Part shown: positions 27,060-34,830 of the stretch, piece by piece
Position numbering within the stretch: position 1 is the first letter of the stretch
How the letters are laid out: every line of letters starts with the position of its first letter
NCBI GenBank assembly: GCA_035329685.1
Contig: DAOLGI010000006.1
Span: 1,570 to 41,921 of the forward strand
Length of the DNA stretch: 40,352 nucleotides
Origin: Acidimicrobiia bacterium
GTDB lineage: Bacteria; Actinomycetota; Acidimicrobiia; IMCC26256; JAGPDB01
Direction: 5' to 3'
Made by a program: the position numbers and the translations under genes
Notes under the pieces: generated by a model
Databases searched by the model: none
Seen by the model: only the letters and a program-made list of their open reading frames with translations
Told to the model about the DNA's origin: nothing

Positions 27060-27857
27060 ATGCTTTTTGATACGCACTGTCATTTCGATTCTGTCGAAGA
27101 TGCACGCGATCAACTTCCTCGAGCATATGAAGCTGGGTTACGCGGAATCAATGTCATTGGATGTGATGTAGAGACTACAACCCGATCGATTGATGTTGTA
27201 CGAATGATTGAGACCGAACGAGATGCTCTGGGCTTGCACGATTTGGATGCGCGAGCAACGATGGGTCTTCATCCTCACGAAGCCGGCCATATCGATGAAC
27301 AGTGCGAGCAACTTGAAAAACTTCTCGCAGCTAACGACGACATCATCTCAGGAATCGGTGAAACGGGATACGATTTTTATTACAACCATTCCAGTAAGAA
27401 TGACCAGACGCGATCTTTCGTGTGGCAGATCGATTTGGCGAAAAGTCATGATCGAACATTGGTGATTCATACGCGCGATGCTTGGGACGAAACGTTTTCG
27501 TTACTGGAAGATCAAGGCTGGCCCGACAAAGTAGTGTTGCATTGCTTTACGGGCGGGCCCGTGCAAGCTACTCGTGCAATAGATCATGGAGCGTATATTT
27601 CTATTTCAGGGATAGCCACATTTAAAAATGCACAAGATATTCGTGATGCCATTGAAATCACCCCTTTGGAACGGTTGCTCTGCGAGACCGATGCCCCGTG
27701 GCTTGCGCCCGTTCCCCATCGAGGGAAGCTTAATGAGCCCGCCTATGTGTCCCATGTTGTGGATCAGATTGTTGATATACGAGAAAAGAAATGTGGAGAT
27801 TCGCCCGAAGCCGTTACTGATGCTCTCTTTACTAATGCGCAAAAACTCTTCCGCTAA
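27060..27857 (+). CDS. tatD: TatD-family metal-dependent DNase/hydrolase
   Basis: LFDTHCHFD N-terminus, IGETGYDFYY, VIHTRDA and ETDAPWLAP motifs. Confidence 0.9.
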   Translation: MLFDTHCHFDSVEDARDQLPRAYEAGLRGINVIGCDVETTTRSIDVVRMIETERDALGLHDLDARATMGLHPHEAGHIDEQCEQLEKLLAANDDIISGIGETGYDFYYNHSSKNDQTRSFVWQIDLAKSHDRTLVIHTRDAWDETFSLLEDQGWPDKVVLHCFTGGPVQATRAIDHGAYISISGIATFKNAQDIRDAIEITPLERLLCETDAPWLAPVPHRGKLNEPAYVSHVVDQIVDIREKKCGDSPEAVTDALFTNAQKLFR

Positions 27858-27864
27858 CGGATTG

Positions 27865-27966
27865 TGCAGGGTCCTTCTACGTCATCCAGAGTGAAACGAA
27901 GGATCTCCGCGCAGCGGTGTACGAGATTTTCTGCGGCGGCGAGATTCCTCGCAGGCTCGGAATGAC
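27865..27966. repeat. Hairpin-repeat locus D (with a half-copy of the RAYT-flank palindrome)
   Basis: tgcagggtcc (27865-27874) equals the RAYT-flank core. It is followed by a forward unit gtcatccagagtgaaacgaaggatctc (27881-27907), a spacer ccgcgcagcgg.., and a reverse unit gagattcctcgcaggctcggaatgac (27941-27966). Confidence 0.85.
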
Positions 27967-28025
27967 TGTTTGGCAGCCTGTTATGTGGGATAAATCGGAC
28001 ATATCTGCCTTGAAAGTGGATTCGA

Positions 28026-29288
28026 GTGCACACTCTGGCTAGCGTGGATGGCTTCATGCGTTCATCCCCGGCCCGCAATGTGGCCCCAGAACCTCAGTCC
28101 TGGATTCCCATCGACTTACTTGCCGAGCTCCCTGAGCTCGAAGAACTTCTCGACCCTGGAAACCTTGTTGACTCGGGTCAAACACGAGCTGTTCGTATGG
28201 GCAGTGATGGCCAAGGATACGCGTTTGTCGATTCTGAAATCAAAGGTGTACTCGAACATGAGAAGAATGCAAACCGTGAATTGAGCCATCGCCGTTGGAG
28301 AAGCCGCCACCGAACACTGAAGCTTCAGCGTCGTGCCAAAATCCAACGTGTGGGCTTTATTTCCATAGGGGTAATTGCAATCATTGCGGCTGCTCTTTCT
28401 CTACTCTTTATTCTGAAGCCTTCTTCAGCCGTTGCTTTATCGCAAGGCACTTCACCCATGATTCCCACAGTTGTGCCAGTAGTAATCGAGGGAAAGGCAA
28501 CCACTGTTTTGTCTGTTGCATCATCTCTAGAGGACTTCAAAGAAGAGCAGGATCTTACAAAATTAGTTGCTTTACAAAAAGAATTTGACCGTAGCGATTA
28601 CGTCGCAAAAAATGCTACCGCTTCAATGGAATTTCGTTACACCAAAAAAATTACCCTTACTGCAGATGCGTCGGTTCAAGAAATTACAACAACGGATCTG
28701 ACCGTGGCAGAAGTTCTCGAAAACAATGGTGTTGTTATTGACGGCGATGATGTGGTTACTCCCGCTCGTGAAGCACCAGTACAAGGTATTTCAGCGATAG
28801 CAATCACTCGTGTTTCCACAACGACGCGCACACAAGAACGTGACGTACCTTATGCTGTAGAGAAACAAAACGATGCATCGCTTCGTAAAGGAACAACATC
28901 CATTAAGCGTGCAGGGGTTACGGGTAAAGAAACTGTAACGTATTCTCAAACGATTAAAGACGGAACAGTTGCTTCTGAGATTGAATCATCTCGGGTTATT
29001 ACTCGAGCTCCTGTTTCTCAGATCCTTCTTGTTGGAACGAAGACTCCCGAAAATGAGTCAGGTAAAGCATCATTCTATGCGTTTCACGCTGGAACCTGTG
29101 CACATAAGACATTGCCAATGGGGACCATGGTTACAGTGAGAAATACCGCTACCGGTGCGAGTGCAGTCTGTCGTGTTGCCGACCGAGGCCCGTTCGTACC
29201 AGGTCGAGTGATCGATCTTTCCAAAGATGTCTTTTCGAAAATCGCACCTCTTTCACAAGGAGTAGTCGCTGTTACTCTCTCGTGGTGA
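28026..29288 (+). CDS. YabE/RpfB-position cell-wall protein: TM + DUF348-like repeats + G5 domain + RlpA/3D-type double-psi beta-barrel
   Basis: Single TM (VGFISIGVIAIIAAALSLLFIL). G5-like block (..RAGVTGKETVTYSQTIKDGTV....RVITRAPVSQILLVGTK). The C-terminus GKASFYAF..GTCAHKTLPMGTMVTVRN..TGASAVCRVADRGPFVPGRVIDLSKDVF is the RlpA-like DPBB signature. GTG start; ATG 28056 is an alternative. Confidence 0.8.
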   Translation: MHTLASVDGFMRSSPARNVAPEPQSWIPIDLLAELPELEELLDPGNLVDSGQTRAVRMGSDGQGYAFVDSEIKGVLEHEKNANRELSHRRWRSRHRTLKLQRRAKIQRVGFISIGVIAIIAAALSLLFILKPSSAVALSQGTSPMIPTVVPVVIEGKATTVLSVASSLEDFKEEQDLTKLVALQKEFDRSDYVAKNATASMEFRYTKKITLTADASVQEITTTDLTVAEVLENNGVVIDGDDVVTPAREAPVQGISAIAITRVSTTTRTQERDVPYAVEKQNDASLRKGTTSIKRAGVTGKETVTYSQTIKDGTVASEIESSRVITRAPVSQILLVGTKTPENESGKASFYAFHAGTCAHKTLPMGTMVTVRNTATGASAVCRVADRGPFVPGRVIDLSKDVFSKIAPLSQGVVAVTLSW

Positions 29289-29292
29289 GATA

Positions 29293-30168
29293 ATGACAGA
29301 CGTGAATGAAACACATAGTGGCGTAACTTTGAGCGTCCTCAAAGAGCTCCAGCAACAATATCGTGTGACAGCCTCGAAAGCACTGGGCCAAAATTTTCTT
29401 ATTGATCCTAATATTTCACGAAAAATTGCAGATGTCATCGAACCTGGATGCAAAGTGCTTGAAATCGGCCCTGGCATCGGTTCCTTAACTGTTCCCCTTG
29501 CACGCGTCTCTTCTTTTGTGCACGCTATTGAACTAGACGAACATATTTTGGTTCCACTTGCAGATGTCTTATCTCAATTTGATGTAACAAATAAAGTTGC
29601 TGTGATCCATAACGATGTCATGAACGTTGATCTTGAAAAGATGTGTAGCGAATCACAAATCGATACAGTTATTGGAAATCTTCCCTACAATATCTCAGCT
29701 CCTTTACTCGCCAATATTGCACGCAATGCTCCTAGTGCTTCTCTGGTTGTTGCCATGGTCCAAAAAGAAGTGGGAGAGCGACTGAGTGCACCCTTAGGAA
29801 CGCGTGAGGTTTCTTCTATTACGTACAAGGTCCAGTTTTTCATGGATGTGAGTATTGCTTTTTCGGTGCCTCGCCAATCTTTCATCCCCCAGCCTCGTGT
29901 GGATTCCGTTGTGATCATTTTGAAGCGCCGCGACTCCCCAGCAGTTGATGTCGCATTCGAAGATGTCGATAATTTTTTTGCAATGATCGACGTGGCCTTT
30001 GGTCAGCGTCGCAAAATGCTTCGCAAATCATTGAGCACACATTTTAGAGAAAGATTGTCGGAGATTTTTCTTATTGCTCAGGTGGATCCGACTTTACGAC
30101 CAGAGCAATGCACGCTTGAGAATTTTGCAGCACTGTTTCGTGCTCATCAAGAGATGCTTCCAGCATGA
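29293..30168 (+). CDS. rsmA: 16S rRNA (adenine1518/1519-N6)-dimethyltransferase
   Basis: KALGQNFLIDPNI, the LEIGPGIGSLT SAM motif, and the GNLPYNIS motif. Confidence 0.93.
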   Translation: MTDVNETHSGVTLSVLKELQQQYRVTASKALGQNFLIDPNISRKIADVIEPGCKVLEIGPGIGSLTVPLARVSSFVHAIELDEHILVPLADVLSQFDVTNKVAVIHNDVMNVDLEKMCSESQIDTVIGNLPYNISAPLLANIARNAPSASLVVAMVQKEVGERLSAPLGTREVSSITYKVQFFMDVSIAFSVPRQSFIPQPRVDSVVIILKRRDSPAVDVAFEDVDNFFAMIDVAFGQRRKMLRKSLSTHFRERLSEIFLIAQVDPTLRPEQCTLENFAALFRAHQEMLPA

Positions 30169-31055
30169 AAGCATCTATCCAGGCACCAGCGAAACTTACG
30201 TTGACGTTGCGAATTCTTGATTCGACAGACGATGGTTATCACAACCTTGATGCACTGACCGTTTTTCTTCCTGATCTTTCAGATGTTATTGAAATATTTG
30301 ATAGGTCAACGCATGACTCATTCTTGACAATTTCTCATACCGATGGTTCCGTATCGGATCTTCCACGAGACAATTCAAATCTCGTGGTGAGAGCTTGGGA
30401 AAAATACTGTGAGCATGTGAATGTAGATGAGTATGATTTAACCAATATTGGTTTTCATCTTGTGAAATTAATTCCCCACGCTGGTGGTCTTGGTGGAGGA
30501 TCTGCCGATGCGGCGGCAACATTACGTCTGCTCAACCGACTGTGTGATGATGAATTGTCTACAACTGATCTTCTTTCCTTGGCAACCGAACTGGGCAGCG
30601 ATGTCGCTGCTTGCATCTATTCTCACGCTGTACGGATGCAGGGTCGGGGAGATCGCGTCGATCCTTTAGGCGAGCCCGATTTCCATATGAGCGCCTGTCT
30701 GGTGACTCCACAGGTTCACTGTCCTACGCCTGATGTTTATCGACGTTACGACGAAATTGGGCGTCCTGTCGATGAAGGGGTTGCGGCTCCCGATACGATG
30801 AAAGCACACACTCAAACATTACATAACGATCTTGCTTTGGCCGCGTATGACCTTTTCCCCGAGTTGGTTGCTTTCAAAAAGCAACTGGAAGATATTACTG
30901 GGGTTCCTTTTATGCTCGCAGGCTCAGGTTCAACCTTTTTTACTTTGGGTGATCAAGAAACAACCGATTCAATCCATCGTTTATTGTTAAGCGAACTCAC
31001 GGATGAAGAAGGTATGAGTAATCTTCGCCTCTGTGCGGTCAGTAGTTTGCGATGA
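30165..31055 (+). CDS. ispE: 4-diphosphocytidyl-2-C-methyl-D-erythritol kinase
   Basis: APAKLTLTLRIL...DGYHNLDA N-terminus, the GHMP-kinase loop IPHAGGLGGGSADAAA, and an ATGA overlap with the rsmA stop. Confidence 0.9.
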   Translation: MKASIQAPAKLTLTLRILDSTDDGYHNLDALTVFLPDLSDVIEIFDRSTHDSFLTISHTDGSVSDLPRDNSNLVVRAWEKYCEHVNVDEYDLTNIGFHLVKLIPHAGGLGGGSADAAATLRLLNRLCDDELSTTDLLSLATELGSDVAACIYSHAVRMQGRGDRVDPLGEPDFHMSACLVTPQVHCPTPDVYRRYDEIGRPVDEGVAAPDTMKAHTQTLHNDLALAAYDLFPELVAFKKQLEDITGVPFMLAGSGSTFFTLGDQETTDSIHRLLLSELTDEEGMSNLRLCAVSSLR

Positions 31056-31065
31056 TATCGGCCGT

Positions 31066-31133
31066 GTCATTCTAAGTGAAACGAAGAATCGGAGATCCTT
31101 TACTGCGTTCATGAGTATTACTCCCAGGATGAC
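31066..31133. repeat. Hairpin-repeat locus E
   Basis: A forward unit gtcattctaagtgaaacgaagaatc (31066-31090) directly abuts a reverse unit ggagatcct...ctcccaggatgac (31091-31133). Confidence 0.8.
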
Positions 31134-31165
31134 AGTACAGAACGCGAAAAGCAACAGGTAAAGAG

Positions 31166-31267
31166 CTACTTACCCTGCTGGCGACGTTGCCAACGAGTCT
31201 TTTTGAGAAGCTTCTTGTGCTTCTTCTTGCGCATGCGCTTGCGGCGTTTTTTGATAAGTGAACCCAT
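31166..31267 (-). CDS. 30S ribosomal protein bS22 (33 aa, actinobacteria-specific)
   Basis: The hand translation [33 protein letters not shown] is near-identical in pattern and length to mycobacterial bS22 ([21 protein letters not shown]..). It is below the ORF-track size cutoff. Confidence 0.8.
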   Translation of the reverse strand: [33 protein letters not shown]

Positions 31268-31398
31268 ATGAAGGGTTTAAAACTAGTGGTCCGAGTGCTC
31301 TGAACGCCAACCCAAGCTCAAATTGAAATCACTATGGCAAAGCAATCGTATATCCGTGCATAGCCGCAGTCCTCAATCCGCTAAAATCTCACAGTCTT

Positions 31399-31473
31399 TC
31401 GGGGATGGTGTAATTGGCAACACACCAGTTTTTGGTACTGGCATTCAAGGTTCGAGTCCTTGTCCCCGAGCCA
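31399..31473 (+). tRNA. tRNA-Gln (anticodon UUG), CCA encoded
   Basis: Folded by hand. Acceptor TCGGGGA/TCCCCGA (U1:A72) with discriminator G then CCA. D arm GTGT/ACAC; anticodon stem CCAGT/ACTGG with loop TTTTGGT; T arm CAAGG-TTCGAGT-CCTTG. The anticodon arm closely resembles E. coli tRNA-Gln. Confidence 0.92.
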
Positions 31474-31481
31474 CGCGGTCT

Positions 31482-32096
31482 TTAGAAAAGGCCCGATATA
31501 AATTTTACAACAACGGTTCCAAAACCAATCGAGAGCACAGCCCCTAAAGCTCCGATTGCGGCTCCCGCCATCACGATGACAACATCACCGAAAAGAACCC
31601 CTAGAGATATGCCCAGGACGCCTAGCGCAGGGAGGGTATCAAGACCGGAAAATGGTGGAGCGAAAAAAGCAACCAAGGATAGAGCAAAAACTATTATTCC
31701 AAAGCATGTTCGCGAAATTCGACTTTCAATAAATTTTGACATGCGTGGTCTAGATCTTTTCTCTACCTTCTTAATTTTTTTTATGAGGTAAGGGAGGGTT
31801 TTGGTTTGCATTTTCGAGCCAAGTTTTTTACTTCGCCATCTTTTGGGTAACCAAATAGTCCTTCTTTGAGCGATAAGCTGTAGCGCTAGGAACATCGCAA
31901 AAGCTTCGAAAATGTTCGTAAGCCCACCTGTTGGCAGGGGCAGCGCGGAGGCTGACAGAAGTAGGAAAAACATCATAGCAAAACTTTTTTCTCCGAAAAC
32001 TTCTTCTAGTCCAGCAATTGTTTTCTTCTGGTCGCTGTCCAACCATTCTTGAAGTTCATCGCTAAAGTCTTTTATAGGTTTTTCTTTGTCATCCAT
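31482..32096 (-). CDS. ExoD-like membrane protein (exopolysaccharide synthesis ExoD family)
   Basis: Family-like pattern ..LLLSASALPLPTGGLTNIFEAFAMFLALQLI..RRTIWLPKRW.. followed by C-terminal TMs. Confidence 0.55.
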   Translation of the reverse strand: MDDKEKPIKDFSDELQEWLDSDQKKTIAGLEEVFGEKSFAMMFFLLLSASALPLPTGGLTNIFEAFAMFLALQLIAQRRTIWLPKRWRSKKLGSKMQTKTLPYLIKKIKKVEKRSRPRMSKFIESRISRTCFGIIVFALSLVAFFAPPFSGLDTLPALGVLGISLGVLFGDVVIVMAGAAIGALGAVLSIGFGTVVVKFISGLF

Positions 32097-32222
32097 TATT
32101 TGTAACCATCTTTATGGGGGCATGGGAGCATTACTCTAATCTAGTATCGAATATCTATGAATTTAGGGTGAAAGTCAAGGAAGAGCGAGCCACTGCAAGC
32201 ACAAGTTTGTTTAAAAATGTAG

Positions 32223-33545
32223 TTATGCTCTTTTGCAGAGTAACTCAAAATATTTGGTGCTTCCAAAAGGGATTTTCTGTTTGACGATTCCGTGTGCTCC
32301 GAGAGCCGTTGCCATCATGATGGTGGGGATGCCAAATGCCTCATTGATCTCATCCATTGTTTCTGTGATGTGTTCTTCTTTATTAAGGTCCCGAAAGAGT
32401 TCTAATTGAGTGGACTCTCCATCTAATGGAGACAGGTGATAGCAGGTAATACTCATCATTTGAATCATTCGGTCACGAGGGCGCTGATCAAAGAGCAGCA
32501 TGGCATTTTCATAAACGCTACGATCGCTAAAAAACGGTTTGGGAAACAAGTGACGCTTGTACCATCCGCCACCTCCATGAAAGCTTAAGTACACATATAC
32601 TCCTCGTGCACGCATTTCGTTATGGCGAAGTTTGCGAGCAGCGGTGTAGCACAGATACGACAGTCTTTTTTTCAGATCTCGTTCATCAATCGTTTTCACG
32701 TCGAGAACAAATTGTTTGCCGACTATTCCGAGGTTGGTTTCGACGTCATCGACTTCGTACCCGCGGAGGCGTTGATGCCAGTGCACGCCAATAATGCTTT
32801 CAAAAACATTGCGACGCAGGGTTATCAACGGAGCATTAAGGAAATCGATCGGAGTCATGATGCCACGTTTGTTCAAACGCGCTTCAAAACGATGAGCAAT
32901 TCCGGGAAGGTCGGTGAGTTCAAGGGTCGCATATTTTTCGTGAAGGTTTTTGTGGTCAAGGACGGTCAGGCCATCGGGCTTGTCAAAACCTGCAGCAAGT
33001 TTTGCAAGAAATCGATTAGTCGAAATTCCAATGTTGCATTTCATCCAACATCCGAGGTCTTGTCTCAGACGAGCTTTGATTTCATGACCAATTTCTTCGA
33101 GGGGTCGGGTGTTGACGGATTCGCGTGTCCCATGAAAATCGATCACTCCTTCATCGATGCTTTTCATTACGACGTGTGGTGAATAACTCTTCATGATGGC
33201 CATGAGCTTTTCATAGGCGTGATGATATTTCGGCGGATCGGTTTCGAGAACAATGAGATCGGGGATAAGGGCCTTGACCTCGTCGTAGCGCATGCCCACT
33301 TTGGCTCCCTGTACCTTGGCTTCGTAGCTCAGTGCGATCATGCAGCAGTGAGGAGTGATTCGATTGGTGACGCCCAGAGACTTGCCGCGCAGGTGGGGGT
33401 GTGCTTGTTGCTCTATGGTCGCAAAACAGCTGTTGAGGTCGACGTGCATGATCTGAGACTCTTCAGTATTAAGAGCGAGAGGGACCGCAGAATCTAAGAG
33501 TTGCCCGTTCTTTTGCATAGCAAACATATGTTCGTATAGTATCAA
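32223..33545 (-). CDS. Y-family (DinB/UmuC-like) translesion DNA polymerase
   Basis: MHVDLNSCFATIEQQAHPHLRGKSLGV (catalytic Asp, D-x-N/D-x-F-F/A-x-x-E), then SIDEGVIDF (second acidic motif), little-finger region and C-terminal MDEINEAFG block. Candidate starts are 33545, 33527 and 33518. Confidence 0.85.
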   Translation of the reverse strand: MILYEHMFAMQKNGQLLDSAVPLALNTEESQIMHVDLNSCFATIEQQAHPHLRGKSLGVTNRITPHCCMIALSYEAKVQGAKVGMRYDEVKALIPDLIVLETDPPKYHHAYEKLMAIMKSYSPHVVMKSIDEGVIDFHGTRESVNTRPLEEIGHEIKARLRQDLGCWMKCNIGISTNRFLAKLAAGFDKPDGLTVLDHKNLHEKYATLELTDLPGIAHRFEARLNKRGIMTPIDFLNAPLITLRRNVFESIIGVHWHQRLRGYEVDDVETNLGIVGKQFVLDVKTIDERDLKKRLSYLCYTAARKLRHNEMRARGVYVYLSFHGGGGWYKRHLFPKPFFSDRSVYENAMLLFDQRPRDRMIQMMSITCYHLSPLDGESTQLELFRDLNKEEHITETMDEINEAFGIPTIMMATALGAHGIVKQKIPFGSTKYFELLCKRA

Positions 33546-33584
33546 CTACTTACGACAAACACAAAATAGGTTTGAGTTGAATGC

Positions 33585-33896
33585 TTATTCCACAATCATG
33601 GTAGACACCAGCGTCCATGTAAGGCTCTCGGCATCGAACTCTATTCTGTAATCAGCTAATCCATCGGTCATATCGAAAACGTGAATCATCCGGTTACCTT
33701 GACTCGTGGGGTGGCGAAAACCGAACTCGGTGAATTCAATCGTGCGACCTTTGTGTTTAATTTTACGTGGCACGCAGATTTGTTGCATGTCACCGCTATC
33801 GGCAAACACACACATGACTTCAATGCGTTCACCTACGGATTCAATATCAGGCATGAGCTGAGTATAAGTCTGGGGTACGACACTCTGCAATGTCAT
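33585..33896 (-). CDS. Small hypothetical protein upstream of, and co-directional with, the Y-family polymerase
   Basis: ORF only. The first 11 codons of the track ORF are repeat sequence, so ATG 33896 or ATG 33854 is more likely. It ends 39 nt before the polymerase start. No S24/UmuD motif was seen. Confidence 0.45.
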   Translation of the reverse strand: MTLQSVVPQTYTQLMPDIESVGERIEVMCVFADSGDMQQICVPRKIKHKGRTIEFTEFGFRHPTSQGNRMIHVFDMTDGLADYRIEFDAESLTWTLVSTMIVE

Positions 33897-33975
33897 CCAG
33901 AGGCTACAGCCGAAGGATCTCAATTTCAATGACCACTTCTGCGCGGAGATTCCTCGGCTGAAGCCTCGGAATGAC
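33892..33975. repeat. Hairpin-repeat locus F (in a divergent promoter region)
   Basis: A forward unit gtcatccagaggctacagccgaaggatctc (33892-33921), the linker aatttcaatgaccacttc (the same linker as in cluster A), then tgcgcggagattcctcggctgaagcctcggaatgac (to 33975). Confidence 0.85.
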
Positions 33976-33990
33976 GTTTCTGAACGTTTG

Positions 33991-34027
33991 CTGAAAGAAA
34001 TTTCTTGATTCTTTCAGTCAAGAATCA
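33991..34027. promoter_or_regulatory. Two overlapping, mutually exclusive hairpins in the divergent intergenic region
   Basis: ctgaaagaa(33991-33999)/ttctttcag(34009-34017) and tgattctt(34006-34013)/aagaatca(34020-34027) share bases 34009-34013. Confidence 0.3.
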
Positions 34028-34071
34028 GGTCCACTTTTTATTCTTACATTGTTCCCGTTGAAAGGAGAACC

Positions 34072-34830
34072 ATGAAAAACAGAAAGATAACCACAACAAT
34101 TGCCGCATCAGCTCTTGCCTTGACCTCCGTCATCGGATTAGGTGCAGCTGCTTTTGCTGCTGATTCAGATGGATCGACAACAAAATCCAAAGCCCCTACC
34201 GCTGCAAAGATTGCTCAGCACCAAGCGCAGCGCCAAGAGAAGCTGGAAGAAAAACTCACCACAGCTGTCAAAGATGGAAAAATTACGGAAGCGCAGAAAA
34301 CTGCGATTCTTAATTTCTTTGAAGAGAACAAGCCCAGTCATGATGCCGACGCAACCAAGGAAGAGCGCAAAGCTGCACGAGAAGCGTTTAAGGAAAAGGT
34401 CGAAGCGTTTGCCGAGGCAAACAACATTGACACTGACGTTCTCAAGCCTCAAGGCGGGCCTGGTGGCCCCGGCGGGCGCGGCGGCAAAGAAGGACGTACA
34501 CCTCCTACGAAGGAAGAGCGCACTGCAAAACTGACCGAAAGATTAGATGCAGCAGTCACGGCCGGAACAATTACAGAAGCACAAAAAGATAGTGTGCTGG
34601 ATTTTGTTTCCAGTCAAGCTGAACCTAACAAGGATGCAACTGAGGAAGAGCGAAAGTCTGAACACGAAGCTCGCAAAGCTGCCTTCGAATCCTTTGCAGA
34701 AGATAACGGTATTCCTACCGATCTCTTAAAGCCACCTGCCGGCAAGGGTGGTCCCGGTGGACAAGGTGGTCCTCAGGGTCGAGGTGGCCCACAAGGTCAG
34801 GGAACACAAAGCAGCTCAACTGCAAAATAA
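34072..34830 (+). CDS. Secreted helical protein with an internal duplication and Gly-rich (GGPGG) spacers; YckD/DUF2680- or Spy/CpxP-like guess
   Basis: Signal peptide (..ALTSVIGLGAAAFA). Two collinear ~95 aa modules: (V/T)..G(K/T)ITEAQK..(I/V)L(N/D)F.....KEERK...EA(F/R)K...E(A/S)FAE.N(N/G)I.TD(V/L)LKP, each followed by G/P/Q-rich runs. SD AAAGGAG upstream. Confidence 0.7.
   Translation: MKNRKITTTIAASALALTSVIGLGAAAFAADSDGSTTKSKAPTAAKIAQHQAQRQEKLEEKLTTAVKDGKITEAQKTAILNFFEENKPSHDADATKEERKAAREAFKEKVEAFAEANNIDTDVLKPQGGPGGPGGRGGKEGRTPPTKEERTAKLTERLDAAVTAGTITEAQKDSVLDFVSSQAEPNKDATEEERKSEHEARKAAFESFAEDNGIPTDLLKPPAGKGGPGGQGGPQGRGGPQGQGTQSSSTAK

Noticed and set aside
27858-28025. ydaO/cyclic-di-AMP-type riboswitch upstream of the rpfB/yabE-like gene (known upstream of some rpf genes)
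   Set aside because: The spacer is explained by hairpin-repeat locus D, and I could not recognise the conserved ydaO core by eye. A cmsearch would be needed to exclude it formally.
31323-31547. 74 aa plus-strand ORF
   Set aside because: Its centre is the tRNA-Gln gene (31399-31473) and its 3' end is antisense to the exoD-like gene.
33976-33995. SOS/Cheo box upstream of the small-ORF/Y-family polymerase pair (gaacgtttgc)
   Set aside because: Only the GAAC half-site is present and the second half is not GTTC. This is not a convincing LexA site.
34142-34534. Alternative-frame ORFs inside the 34072-34830 gene (130 aa +, 95 aa -), and similar ones inside 35940-36515 and the NHL gene (36149-36469, 36313-36540, 36880-37233, 36496-36855)
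   Set aside because: These are low-complexity shadow frames of repeat-rich or compositionally biased genes. The chosen frames have signal peptides, SDs and domain motifs.
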